Source: a virus
IMG/VR virus record: IMGVR_UViG_3300045988_128374
Span: 1 to 38,069 of that record
Direction: 5' to 3' (one strand)
Length of the DNA: 38,069 nt
Shown piece after piece: positions 7,181 through 15,104 of the stretch; the stretch's first letter is position 1, and each line of letters opens with the position of its first letter. The notes beneath the pieces were generated by a model, which saw only the letters and a program-made list of their open reading frames with translations, was not told the DNA's origin and did no database searches. A program made the translations under genes and the position numbers.

Positions 7181-9985
7181 TTATGTTATAATCTCACATT
7201 TCCCTGTTGCTTTTGTATGCTCGTTAATCTTATCTACCACATACTTTTTAAGGCTCTTCCCGTCAAGCTGTATATCAAGATCCAATGTTTCAAGAATCCT
7301 AAGTATCTGTTTAAGAATACTTATAGCCTCTGCCAAAAGTTCGGCACTTGAAGCCATATCTGCTGCCTTTTGTGCCATTTCAAGCAATTTATCCTCAGGT
7401 GCAACAACTTCACCCTGATGTTTGTTATCGCCAATCATGGCAAGCTGTGGAGTGTTTGGCTTTACATATCCACCTTCTGCAAGGTATGGGATACTGCCAA
7501 ATCCAACTTCCGGTAAATCAAACCCGAAATGGTCACCACCTATAACCGGTACCCAGTCAGGTACATCAAAGCTTAATCCATTTATCTTACGGACTATCCA
7601 GTTAATACCACTTTCTAATCCATCAAGCATACCATTTATAAGTCCGATTACCATATTAATAGGTCCTTTGGCTATGTCTGCAATTAAAGAGAATATTCCA
7701 CCAAAGGCATCCACAATACCATTCCAGGCTCTTGACCAGTCACCTGAAAATACCCCAGCAATAAAGTCAATCAATCCACCAAATATCTGCTTTACGTCAC
7801 CAAATATATTAGAAACATTTTGCAAATAAGCATTCATTATATCGCCTATAAAGCCGAAGCTATCTGAAAAATCCATGTTAAAAATATTCTGTAGCCAATT
7901 ATCAAATGAAGAAAATGCTGACCTTATATTTTCCCAAACACCTGCGAACCACTCCCCGGCAGAGTTCCATTTTCCAACAATCCAATCCCAGCATATTCCG
8001 GCCGCTTCTTTCACAACATCCCAATGTTTTACAAGTTCATAAATTCCAACTCCTAATGCGACCAATGCCGCAATAACCAATGTTATCGGACTTGTCAGAA
8101 CCGTCATTGCAACGCCAAATGCGGTTGTGGCTGCTGTTGCAAGCCATGTTGCCGCTGTATGTGCTACCGTTGCGGTTGTATCTGCTACTTTTACGGCTGT
8201 ATCACTTACCCATGCTACAGCAGATGAAGATAATTTTGCTATTGTCTGTCCTACACTTTTAACAAAATCCTTTGCATACATAGCACATAACTGAATAGTT
8301 TCTATCTTATCTTTAAGCTTTACTACCGTGCACGCTTCTATTGCCTTTTTCAGCTTATTTATAATCCCAACAACACCGCCAGCATTCATAAGAAATTCTG
8401 CTAAATCTACCGCTTTCCAAGCTGCTGCAAATGCTCCTATAGTAACTACGATTGCATCAAATGGACCTTGATTATCCTTTATCCAATCAGATATACCCTC
8501 TAATGCAGATGCCAATCCTTTCAGAACATCAACAATCACTCCACCAGTCCAACTCGCCACAGGCTCAAGGAAATTATCCCAAGCCCACATCCACAATGGC
8601 TTCAATGCATCTAACGCACTATTCAGTACATCTAAACAGCCTGCTAATACATCAAGAAATGCTGGAAGCAAATCTTCTATAGTCCACTTAGCCAAAGGAA
8701 CAAATATATTGTAATAAGCCCATTCCAATCCAGCGAACAACTTATCTGTTAATGGTTGTGCAGCTTTCTTAAGGTTATCAAGAGATGTTATCAGATTATC
8801 AAAGGATATTGCTTTAAGTGGCTCTAATGCTTTCTTGACTTTATCTGCCATATCAGATATTGCACTAGAAACATTAGATGTACTTCCACTCACATCCGGT
8901 ACAAGGTCAACACTTCCAATTCCTGAAGATGTTCCCCCTGTACTGCCACTTGAATCAGAACTATCATCTGTTGGCTCTGTAAGCTTATTTATCTGGTCAA
9001 AGCCTGCAAGTGACCTCTCTATATCTTTAGCTGTCTTCTTGGCTGCACTTCCAATATCTCCCACATTGTCCGCCGCACTGGATGCATCATCTCCTATACC
9101 AGCTATATCCGAACTTATCGAACCCATAGAGGTTGATACGTCTGCTCCTGTAAGCATTTGCACAAAGTTTGCAAAACCATCGGCAACCTTCTGTAATCCT
9201 GCCAACAAGCTGTTAAAGCCTCGCAAGATAGGTGTAAACAATGCTATGAAGCCTTTGCCAAGACTTGCTTTTAACTGCTCAAATCTCAGTGATAATATCC
9301 TTGTCTGATTCGCCCAAGAATCCTGTGTCTTAGCAAAGTCTCCTGTGGCATTAGATAAAGCACTCGTAACATACTGAAAACGCAGCATTACTTTTTCCTG
9401 CTCTGTCATTTTGGCGGTAGTCTTACCAAAACCGTTATTAAGAGCATACTGGTCTAAGTTCGTCTGAGTCATGACAACACCTAAGTCCTTGAGTGTTTCC
9501 GTTTCACCTGTCCAGATAGATTTCAGCTTTGTATATGCTTCATCCGTACTAAGATTGTAAAATGATGCAACATCACCGGTTAATCCTGTGACATTTTCAG
9601 CCATATCAAGTGCCGCCTTACCTGTAATACCCATAGCATTACTCATCTGGCCAAACACACCCATGTACTTCTTAGCCGATAATTCCGATAAGCCAAAGTT
9701 AGTCATAGCATTGGAAGCCCACTGGTCTGCCTGCCAACTTAAGTCCTTAAATGCTGTATCAACAACATTCTGCACTTCTGTTACATTGGAACCTACTTCT
9801 ATGCAGTCTTTCGTGAACTTAGTAAAAGCTGCTATACTTAATCCAGCAGCTATCTTCTTTCCCATCCCAGAAAAGATGGATGTTGCCTGCTTAGCTGCCT
9901 TATTGGAAGCTCCTGTGAGTTGATTAACTATCTGTGAACTGTCTATGCCAAGTTCCAGAGCTATCTGTCCTACTACATCCGACAT
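7181..9985 (-). CDS. Tape measure protein (934 aa)
   Basis: GGAGGGAG precedes ATG 9985. The protein is long and Ala/Gly/Ser-rich, with hydrophobic central helices and glycine-zipper-like repeats. It lies after the tail chaperone pair. Confidence 0.9.
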   Translation of the reverse strand: MSDVVGQIALELGIDSSQIVNQLTGASNKAAKQATSIFSGMGKKIAAGLSIAAFTKFTKDCIEVGSNVTEVQNVVDTAFKDLSWQADQWASNAMTNFGLSELSAKKYMGVFGQMSNAMGITGKAALDMAENVTGLTGDVASFYNLSTDEAYTKLKSIWTGETETLKDLGVVMTQTNLDQYALNNGFGKTTAKMTEQEKVMLRFQYVTSALSNATGDFAKTQDSWANQTRILSLRFEQLKASLGKGFIALFTPILRGFNSLLAGLQKVADGFANFVQMLTGADVSTSMGSISSDIAGIGDDASSAADNVGDIGSAAKKTAKDIERSLAGFDQINKLTEPTDDSSDSSGSTGGTSSGIGSVDLVPDVSGSTSNVSSAISDMADKVKKALEPLKAISFDNLITSLDNLKKAAQPLTDKLFAGLEWAYYNIFVPLAKWTIEDLLPAFLDVLAGCLDVLNSALDALKPLWMWAWDNFLEPVASWTGGVIVDVLKGLASALEGISDWIKDNQGPFDAIVVTIGAFAAAWKAVDLAEFLMNAGGVVGIINKLKKAIEACTVVKLKDKIETIQLCAMYAKDFVKSVGQTIAKLSSSAVAWVSDTAVKVADTTATVAHTAATWLATAATTAFGVAMTVLTSPITLVIAALVALGVGIYELVKHWDVVKEAAGICWDWIVGKWNSAGEWFAGVWENIRSAFSSFDNWLQNIFNMDFSDSFGFIGDIMNAYLQNVSNIFGDVKQIFGGLIDFIAGVFSGDWSRAWNGIVDAFGGIFSLIADIAKGPINMVIGLINGMLDGLESGINWIVRKINGLSFDVPDWVPVIGGDHFGFDLPEVGFGSIPYLAEGGYVKPNTPQLAMIGDNKHQGEVVAPEDKLLEMAQKAADMASSAELLAEAISILKQILRILETLDLDIQLDGKSLKKYVVDKINEHTKATGKCEIIT

Positions 9986-10005
9986 ACTCCCTCCTTTCCG
10001 GCATT

Positions 10006-10042
10006 GAAAAAGACCACTTTCTACTTAGAGAAAGCGGTCTTA
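10006..10042 (-). terminator. Terminator-like hairpin overlapping the stop of the Gp15-like ORF, just before the TMP RBS
   Basis: The minus strand reads AAGACCGCTTTCT-CTAAGT-AGAAAGTGGTCTT followed by TTT. The stem is 13 bp with one G-U pair. Confidence 0.4.
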
Positions 10043-10398
10043 GCCCAATTTTGGAAGTCACTCCAATACTTATTGTAATTTGCAGGATCTTCCATTAATT
10101 TTCTATTTCTTCTTAATATCCAATCATTGCGGATTTTCTTCTGTTCTTTAGTGAATTCCTTTATAACCTTAGGATCTTTTTCTGCTCTGATTCCTACAAT
10201 TCTCCCAAGTGGTGTTTCAGGCATTATTCCTGACAATAAAGAACAGAATTCAGCCCATGACATATCATCTTCTGTTCGCAATCGTATGCCATACTGGGAC
10301 AGGAAGCTGGCTTCTATCAGCTCCCAATCATCCCATATATCATAATATACCTCATTATGCTGAGGGTGTCTGCTCCTCGCCGTACGTTCCCATAGCAA
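10021..10398 (-). CDS. Tail assembly chaperone, downstream frame (Gp15-like; probable T part of a G/GT pair)
   Basis: The sequence resembles phage Gp15-type tail chaperones (WEL.EA.F...YGI.L......SW.EF..LL.G). It overlaps the 3' end of the upstream chaperone ORF by 44 nt in the +1 register and has no convincing RBS of its own. Confidence 0.65.
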   Translation of the reverse strand: MLWERTARSRHPQHNEVYYDIWDDWELIEASFLSQYGIRLRTEDDMSWAEFCSLLSGIMPETPLGRIVGIRAEKDPKVIKEFTKEQKKIRNDWILRRNRKLMEDPANYNKYWSDFQNWAKTAFSK

Positions 10399-10687
10399 CC
10401 TGCATGATTGTATTATACATTTCCTTATATTCAGGAATAGGAAGATCTAATGCCTCAATCTTATCTGAAGCATCTTTTCCTACAAGCATTTCAAGACCTT
10501 TAATCATAAATGCCATATCATCCTTGTTTTCCTTGTTTTCTGCTTCCTGTGCCATAGCCTGTATATTAAGAATTGTACTCTTTCTGTTATTAACAGTAAC
10601 CGTTATATCTTCTGTAATACGAATCATAGGTAACTGATTCGTAATCTTCATGGAGATATCTATTACCCTAAAATCTGTCTTTGCCAT
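10355..10687 (-). CDS. Tail assembly chaperone (G-like, 110 aa)
   Basis: This acidic small ORF lies between the major tail protein and the tape measure, which is the canonical position. Confidence 0.72.
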   Translation of the reverse strand: MAKTDFRVIDISMKITNQLPMIRITEDITVTVNNRKSTILNIQAMAQEAENKENKDDMAFMIKGLEMLVGKDASDKIEALDLPIPEYKEMYNTIMQVAMGTYGEEQTPSA

Positions 10688-10707
10688 TTTTCATATCCTC
10701 TCTTTCT

Positions 10708-11208
10708 TTAAGCTGCTACATATGCTATATATGTCGGCTTACCGTCAGACTGTGCTTCCCATTCAAGTGCATCAATACTTGTAGAATCTCCACCGAGAGA
10801 TGTTACATTGATTACCGCCGGTATAAGAAGCTGGTCAAGGTTAGGGAATATAACAGATACCCATGTGTTGCAATCCTGTCCTGTCTTCATGAAAAGGCTT
10901 GCCACATAATCATTCCCTTCGTCACCATAGTTACGCTTACCACCGAAAGACATACTAAGTGACTTACCTGTCATAAGTCTTCTTACCCAGCCTTTCTGAT
11001 CCATCGGACTCCATTCTTCAATGGTTCCATCTACAGACACGCTTAAACTCTCTGCATCTTTTACAACCTTTGTTTCTACTGTTTCTGGCGTATCTGCATT
11101 CTTTCTTCCAGTTATACATATTCCAAACTGAATTGTATGCACTGGATTAACACCTGCTAATGGTGTTGCTTCCGCATTATATCCAGCTATCTTTGTATTC
11201 TGTCCCAT
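10708..11208 (-). CDS. Major tail (tube) protein
   Basis: This 166-aa beta-rich ORF sits after the head-tail connector genes and before the chaperones. Confidence 0.8.
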   Translation of the reverse strand: MGQNTKIAGYNAEATPLAGVNPVHTIQFGICITGRKNADTPETVETKVVKDAESLSVSVDGTIEEWSPMDQKGWVRRLMTGKSLSMSFGGKRNYGDEGNDYVASLFMKTGQDCNTWVSVIFPNLDQLLIPAVINVTSLGGDSTSIDALEWEAQSDGKPTYIAYVAA

Positions 11209-11217
11209 GTCTTTTAC

Positions 11218-11622
11218 CTACCTTTCATAATAAATATCTAATTCTATTACACTCTCAAAGATACCTTTATCATCTGTCCCTACATCAACAGGCTCATCAT
11301 CCAACATTTTAGTGAAGAGCACTTTAGTATCGTTGATTGTAATATGGTTCATATCCCTAAGCATATTGTAGAGCTGTTCTGCGGTCTTCTCTGTGTCTCT
11401 TACACTGGTATTCCAATGAACCAATATGCTTACAGACTTAACACGATAAGAGCTGTTATTTAAGCCGCCTACCGCCATCTGCACAGGTCTTTGCTTGTTA
11501 TTATTGTAAACACCTATGCTCTTATTCTTTTTGTTGTCTAATTTTCCGCAATACACGTTAGTATTGTCTGCAATACCAAGACCTGCTATATAATCTCTTA
11601 CATCACCTATTCCTAACATCAT
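11218..11622 (-). CDS. Tail terminator / tail completion protein (134 aa)
   Basis: The call rests on its position directly upstream of the tube gene and a 4-nt overlap with the preceding ORF. Confidence 0.65.
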   Translation of the reverse strand: MMLGIGDVRDYIAGLGIADNTNVYCGKLDNKKNKSIGVYNNNKQRPVQMAVGGLNNSSYRVKSVSILVHWNTSVRDTEKTAEQLYNMLRDMNHITINDTKVLFTKMLDDEPVDVGTDDKGIFESVIELDIYYER

Positions 11623-12038
11623 AACCCCGCATTCCTCTTATACAGCTTAGCAAAAGCATTCTTGGCAAAATTCTGTTTCTTACCGCCTTTAAGGTAATCA
11701 TCAAGCCATCTGCCTTTTGCATTGGCATTACCCTCGTGCCTCTTACCGCTTTCATCAGTCCAAGGTGACTGGTGGAAGTTGTATTCCGGATGATAGTACA
11801 ATCTTCTTGCATAAGGCGTGCTTGATATAAGCTCCACCTTACCATTTGCAATATCCTGTGTATATATAAATGTGCTCTCATTCTGTAATGTACCTGTATC
11901 TCTAGGCATTACCTGCCTTTGAACAACATCTGTATGTATAGCTTCTGCAGTCTGTGCCAATGACACCTGTGCTGCTGCCGTAAGTCTTCTCACCATAGGC
12001 ATATTAAGCTTTACTGTTGACTTAACATTCTTTGCCAT
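11619..12038 (-). CDS. Head-tail joining / minor capsid-type protein (139 aa)
   Basis: The ORF lies in the connector block and overlaps its neighbours (translational coupling). Confidence 0.65.
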   Translation of the reverse strand: MAKNVKSTVKLNMPMVRRLTAAAQVSLAQTAEAIHTDVVQRQVMPRDTGTLQNESTFIYTQDIANGKVELISSTPYARRLYYHPEYNFHQSPWTDESGKRHEGNANAKGRWLDDYLKGGKKQNFAKNAFAKLYKRNAGL

Positions 12039-12346
12039 TACATCACATCCAATCTTACATAATTAACTGTACCATCCGGATTACGACATTTTGTACCCTT
12101 GTATATATGTCTTGTTACACCGAACACCTTTATATCACCTTTAGTAATAACAGGAAGCTCCGGTGCAATATCCCCCGGTATTAAGGCACAACCTTCAAGC
12201 TGTATAAGTACCTTTTCTGCTGTTAATACTGTCTTGCCGCTATCCTGATAGTTGCATAAACCATCCCATATAACAGGTTCAAGAGGTTCTCCATAAACGT
12301 TCCTGCCTTCCTGCGTTATCTCGAGGTGTATTTCTGTCTTACACAT
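12038..12346 (-). CDS. Head closure / head-tail adaptor protein
   Basis: The ORF lies in the connector block. The start is uncertain: ATG 12346, TTG 12376 after GGGGGTG, or TTG 12397. Confidence 0.6.
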   Translation of the reverse strand: MCKTEIHLEITQEGRNVYGEPLEPVIWDGLCNYQDSGKTVLTAEKVLIQLEGCALIPGDIAPELPVITKGDIKVFGVTRHIYKGTKCRNPDGTVNYVRLDVM

Positions 12347-12380
12347 ACTTTTTAATACTAAACATGGATATTTCAAATGC

Positions 12381-12755
12381 TTACACCCCCAACACAAGAC
12401 TACAAAGTCCCGTCTGACAAAGCAACTGATATATATCCCGCTTTATTGCAATTCCATTCTGTACAAGAACATTCCAACTGCTGCCAAACTGCATAGATAC
12501 TCCATTTACAGCATAGTTCTGTAAGACACAATTAATCATATCTTCATTCTCATACTCAAAATCGGCCATATCACAACAAACATCTATGATTATTGCCTGC
12601 TGGAACTCTGTCAGACCTTCAAAACCTCTCGCGACTATACGATTGAAAGTAAGCGAGTCGATATGACGGCTCGCCTGCTTTAACCTTTTAATTATCTGCT
12701 CATCCGGAATAATGTTATGCTCACTTAGGTACTGTTCTTTACTTGCATATACCAT
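12381..12755 (-). CDS. Head-tail connector (gp6/gp15-like) protein
   Basis: This is the first ORF after the capsid gene. The start is either ATG 12755 or TTG 12770. Confidence 0.65.
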   Translation of the reverse strand: MVYASKEQYLSEHNIIPDEQIIKRLKQASRHIDSLTFNRIVARGFEGLTEFQQAIIIDVCCDMADFEYENEDMINCVLQNYAVNGVSMQFGSSWNVLVQNGIAIKRDIYQLLCQTGLCSLVLGV

Positions 12756-12759
12756 AGGC

Positions 12760-13836
12760 TTACTCTGCAATCTCTTCTGCAGGATCTACATCAACGAATA
12801 CAGAATCAACCTTACCATCCTTGCCATTAGGGAATACAAATGTATCACTTAACTGGCGGTTCTGATAAAGATATCCGTCTCCTTCTGTATGTGCTCCTGG
12901 TGCAAAGTAATAAATTGATGAAATCTTAGGTACTGTCTTACATGTCTGGCCACATGCAACAAGTACATTAATCTTACGTGAGCCCTGAACAGCCTTTTCA
13001 TAATATGTGGCTATATTAGCCTTTGTAGGCTTTGCCACAACTGTATAAGTGCTGTCGCTCTTAGTGTAGTATGTCTTTCCTTCTACCACATCTGTATCAG
13101 TTGTTATGGTATACTTTGACTTAAGCGGAGCAAAGCCGCCCTCTGCAACATCCCAATCGAATCTGTCATAGAATCTTTCATCATCCACAACTTCCATAAG
13201 TGTCACACCATCAATATCAGTTACACGTGTTTCAATGCCAAGACCACCTTCTGCAATCTGTGTCATTTCAATCTTACGTGTAAATTCCTTTGATACCTCA
13301 AGCTTATCCATAATGTCAGAAGATACATACATAATGAGGCTTCCATTTGCCTTATATCTTCTAAGCTTGCCTGCTGCCAGAATATGCTTAAGCTTAGCAA
13401 ATACATTCTCTGATGTATATTCTGTGGAAGCTGTTTCAGTATGATATAATTCTGTCTTCTGTGCAGCCTGTGCTACATTACTGAAAAATAATGCATCTGT
13501 CTCTGGTACTACCTGTGTCTGTTCAAATATGTGTGAAATATTCTGAATAGATGCTGTCTGATTTGTTTCATCAACATCTGCCTTATCAACCATAAACTGT
13601 ACATCTCTGTCATGTGTTACTGTGTAAGGAACATCTTTCTGGTTATATTCTCCTGTGTTCCATCCACCTGATCTCTTATGGTTCTTATAACCACTTACAC
13701 TCATCTGTGTAAAATGGAAGGTCTTGGCATCTAACCATCTGACATTGTTTGTGATAAATGGTGATGTAAGTGTGCCCTGAATAAGAATTGCTAATAATTC
13801 AGGACTCCACTGTTCTGCATAATTTAAATTTGGCAT
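12760..13836 (-). CDS. Major capsid protein (HK97-fold class)
   Basis: This 358-aa ORF lies directly after the scaffold gene. Its N-terminus (YAEQWSPELL...FHFTQMS.SGYK) matches Gram-positive siphophage capsid proteins as I recall them. Confidence 0.87.
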   Translation of the reverse strand: MPNLNYAEQWSPELLAILIQGTLTSPFITNNVRWLDAKTFHFTQMSVSGYKNHKRSGGWNTGEYNQKDVPYTVTHDRDVQFMVDKADVDETNQTASIQNISHIFEQTQVVPETDALFFSNVAQAAQKTELYHTETASTEYTSENVFAKLKHILAAGKLRRYKANGSLIMYVSSDIMDKLEVSKEFTRKIEMTQIAEGGLGIETRVTDIDGVTLMEVVDDERFYDRFDWDVAEGGFAPLKSKYTITTDTDVVEGKTYYTKSDSTYTVVAKPTKANIATYYEKAVQGSRKINVLVACGQTCKTVPKISSIYYFAPGAHTEGDGYLYQNRQLSDTFVFPNGKDGKVDSVFVDVDPAEEIAE

Positions 13837-13861
13837 ATTATTTTACCTTTTTTAACCTTTC

Positions 13862-14515
13862 TTAATTGAATCTATTCCATCTCTTTGTAGGAACATTTAC
13901 ATTGCTACCTGCAGAAGACTGCTGACCATTAGTCTGCTGCCCTGCACCAATCTGGAATCCCTCATTGTTCTCTGTGCTTGGCTTAAGTGCAGGTACATCC
14001 TTTAGAACCTGTTCAAGTGCAGCTTTAACATTGTCCTCTGATATCTTTCCATCTGTGCCCTTTGCCTTGCTGAAATCAGCCATCTTAAGCACATATGGAA
14101 GTGTCTTTGCATTAATACCAAGTGTCATTGCTACCCGTGTAGCCGCAAGCTCAACCTGAGCCTGTTCTGCAAGCTGTTTTGCCGCTGCAACTTCATTCTG
14201 AAGATTAGCATTAGCATTCTGCTGCTGTTCTGTCTGCTGCTGCTTATTCTGCTTAAATGTTGCAATAGCCTGGCTTATCTCATCTTCTGATAATCCCTGC
14301 TGCTGAAAATAGCTTTTAAGCACAGCATTCTCTTTCTTGGCAGTTGCATTATCCAACATTGCCTGTATCTTGTCATAATCAACACCAGCTGACTGCTGAT
14401 TATTCTGATTGCCCTGCTGTCCTGCCTGTCCATTGTCTCCTCCAGCGTTCTGACCGCTGTTACCATCTCCGCTATCTGCGAAGAACTGTAAATTAATAGG
14501 TAATGTCTTTCTCAT
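13862..14515 (-). CDS. Scaffolding protein
   Basis: Start placed at ATG 14515 (MRKTLPINLQFFA) after AAGGAGA. The NLQFFA N-terminal motif, the Gln/Asn/Gly-rich region and coiled-coil content fit a scaffold. It precedes the capsid gene. Confidence 0.8.
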   Translation of the reverse strand: MRKTLPINLQFFADSGDGNSGQNAGGDNGQAGQQGNQNNQQSAGVDYDKIQAMLDNATAKKENAVLKSYFQQQGLSEDEISQAIATFKQNKQQQTEQQQNANANLQNEVAAAKQLAEQAQVELAATRVAMTLGINAKTLPYVLKMADFSKAKGTDGKISEDNVKAALEQVLKDVPALKPSTENNEGFQIGAGQQTNGQQSSAGSNVNVPTKRWNRFN

Positions 14516-14584
14516 CACTCTATCTCCTTTCCGTTTACCGCTCGTCAGCATTTTCCTAAAGTTTAGTGCCATTAAGTTTTGGGC

Positions 14585-14620
14585 ATAAAAATAGCACCCA
14601 CAGCGTATTGCTATGCGTGC
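14585..14620 (-). terminator. Rho-independent terminator between the gp7 block and the scaffold gene
   Basis: The minus strand reads GCACGCATAGC-AATAC-GCTGTGGGTGC followed by TATTTTTAT. The stem is 11 bp with one mismatch and one G-U pair. Confidence 0.5.
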
Positions 14621-14642
14621 TTATTAACTAATATTAAATTGT

Positions 14643-14658
14643 GTTGCACCGGTGCAAC
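14643..14658. promoter_or_regulatory. 16-bp perfect palindrome GTTGCACCGGTGCAAC, copy 2 of 4
   Basis: This is an exact copy in the 169-bp intergenic gap upstream of the scaffold/capsid genes. It has the same T-[palindrome]-TT context. Confidence 0.6.
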
Positions 14659-14741
14659 TTACTCTATTTTCTAAAGTTCTATTAAGATGTATCCGCCATC
14701 CCGTGTATCTGACATTTTAACTATCTACCTCCTCCGGATAA

Positions 14742-15104
14742 TTATACTTCATTAAATCTCCCTATGTTCTTATCTCCACCAAATTCTTCCATCAACATTT
14801 CCTGATGTTTCTTGTGTGATAATTCAGAATAATACTTACGCTGTTCCTGCGTAGTTGCTTCTCTTCCCTTTTGCAGCAACTCTTTATATTCTATAATCAT
14901 GCTAAGCATAGGTTCTTCTAATCTCAATGCCAATCTACGATTAGACTGATTTAATTCCTCAATATTTTCTAAAATCTTCCTTTGCTCATCATTACTGATT
15001 ATTTTATCAAACCGTGACTTTAGGCTCTTAATTTCATCATTGTTTTGTTCTATTAAATGATTCGTATATTGTATTATACTTTCTCTTTCACTTTGATTAC
15101 GCAT
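14742..15104 (-). CDS. Hypothetical coiled-coil protein (120 aa)
   Basis: AAGGAGA lies 7 nt before ATG 15104. The ORF overlaps the 3' end of the gp7-ART gene by 31 nt. Its composition is charged and helical. Confidence 0.65.
   Translation of the reverse strand: MRNQSERESIIQYTNHLIEQNNDEIKSLKSRFDKIISNDEQRKILENIEELNQSNRRLALRLEEPMLSMIIEYKELLQKGREATTQEQRKYYSELSHKKHQEMLMEEFGGDKNIGRFNEV

Noticed and set aside
541-9923. Many plus-strand ORFs of 60-165 aa (for example 541-966, 827-1135, 4500-4793, 5263-5733, 6019-6453, 6924-7418, 7422-7829, 8835-9308, 9588-9923)
   Set aside because: All lie antisense inside long, well-supported minus-strand genes (endolysin, fibre, tape measure). They have low-complexity Ser/Leu/Ile/Phe-rich translations, no RBS and no module logic. 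They are shadow ORFs.
11603-11881. Alternative-frame minus-strand ORFs nested in real genes (11603-11881, 2720-2932, 14275-14466, 24349-24564, 26916-27098, 30133-30372)
   Set aside because: Each is fully contained in a longer same-strand ORF that has recognisable motifs or clear module context. Their translations are Arg/Lys/Met-rich and look like noise.
14671-14715. 14-aa ORF (MSDTRDGGYILIEL) downstream of a GGAGGAGG sequence
   Set aside because: The spacing from the SD-like sequence to the ATG is about 12 nt. The peptide has no features. The GGAGG may be fortuitous, lying just after the stop of the 120-aa gene.
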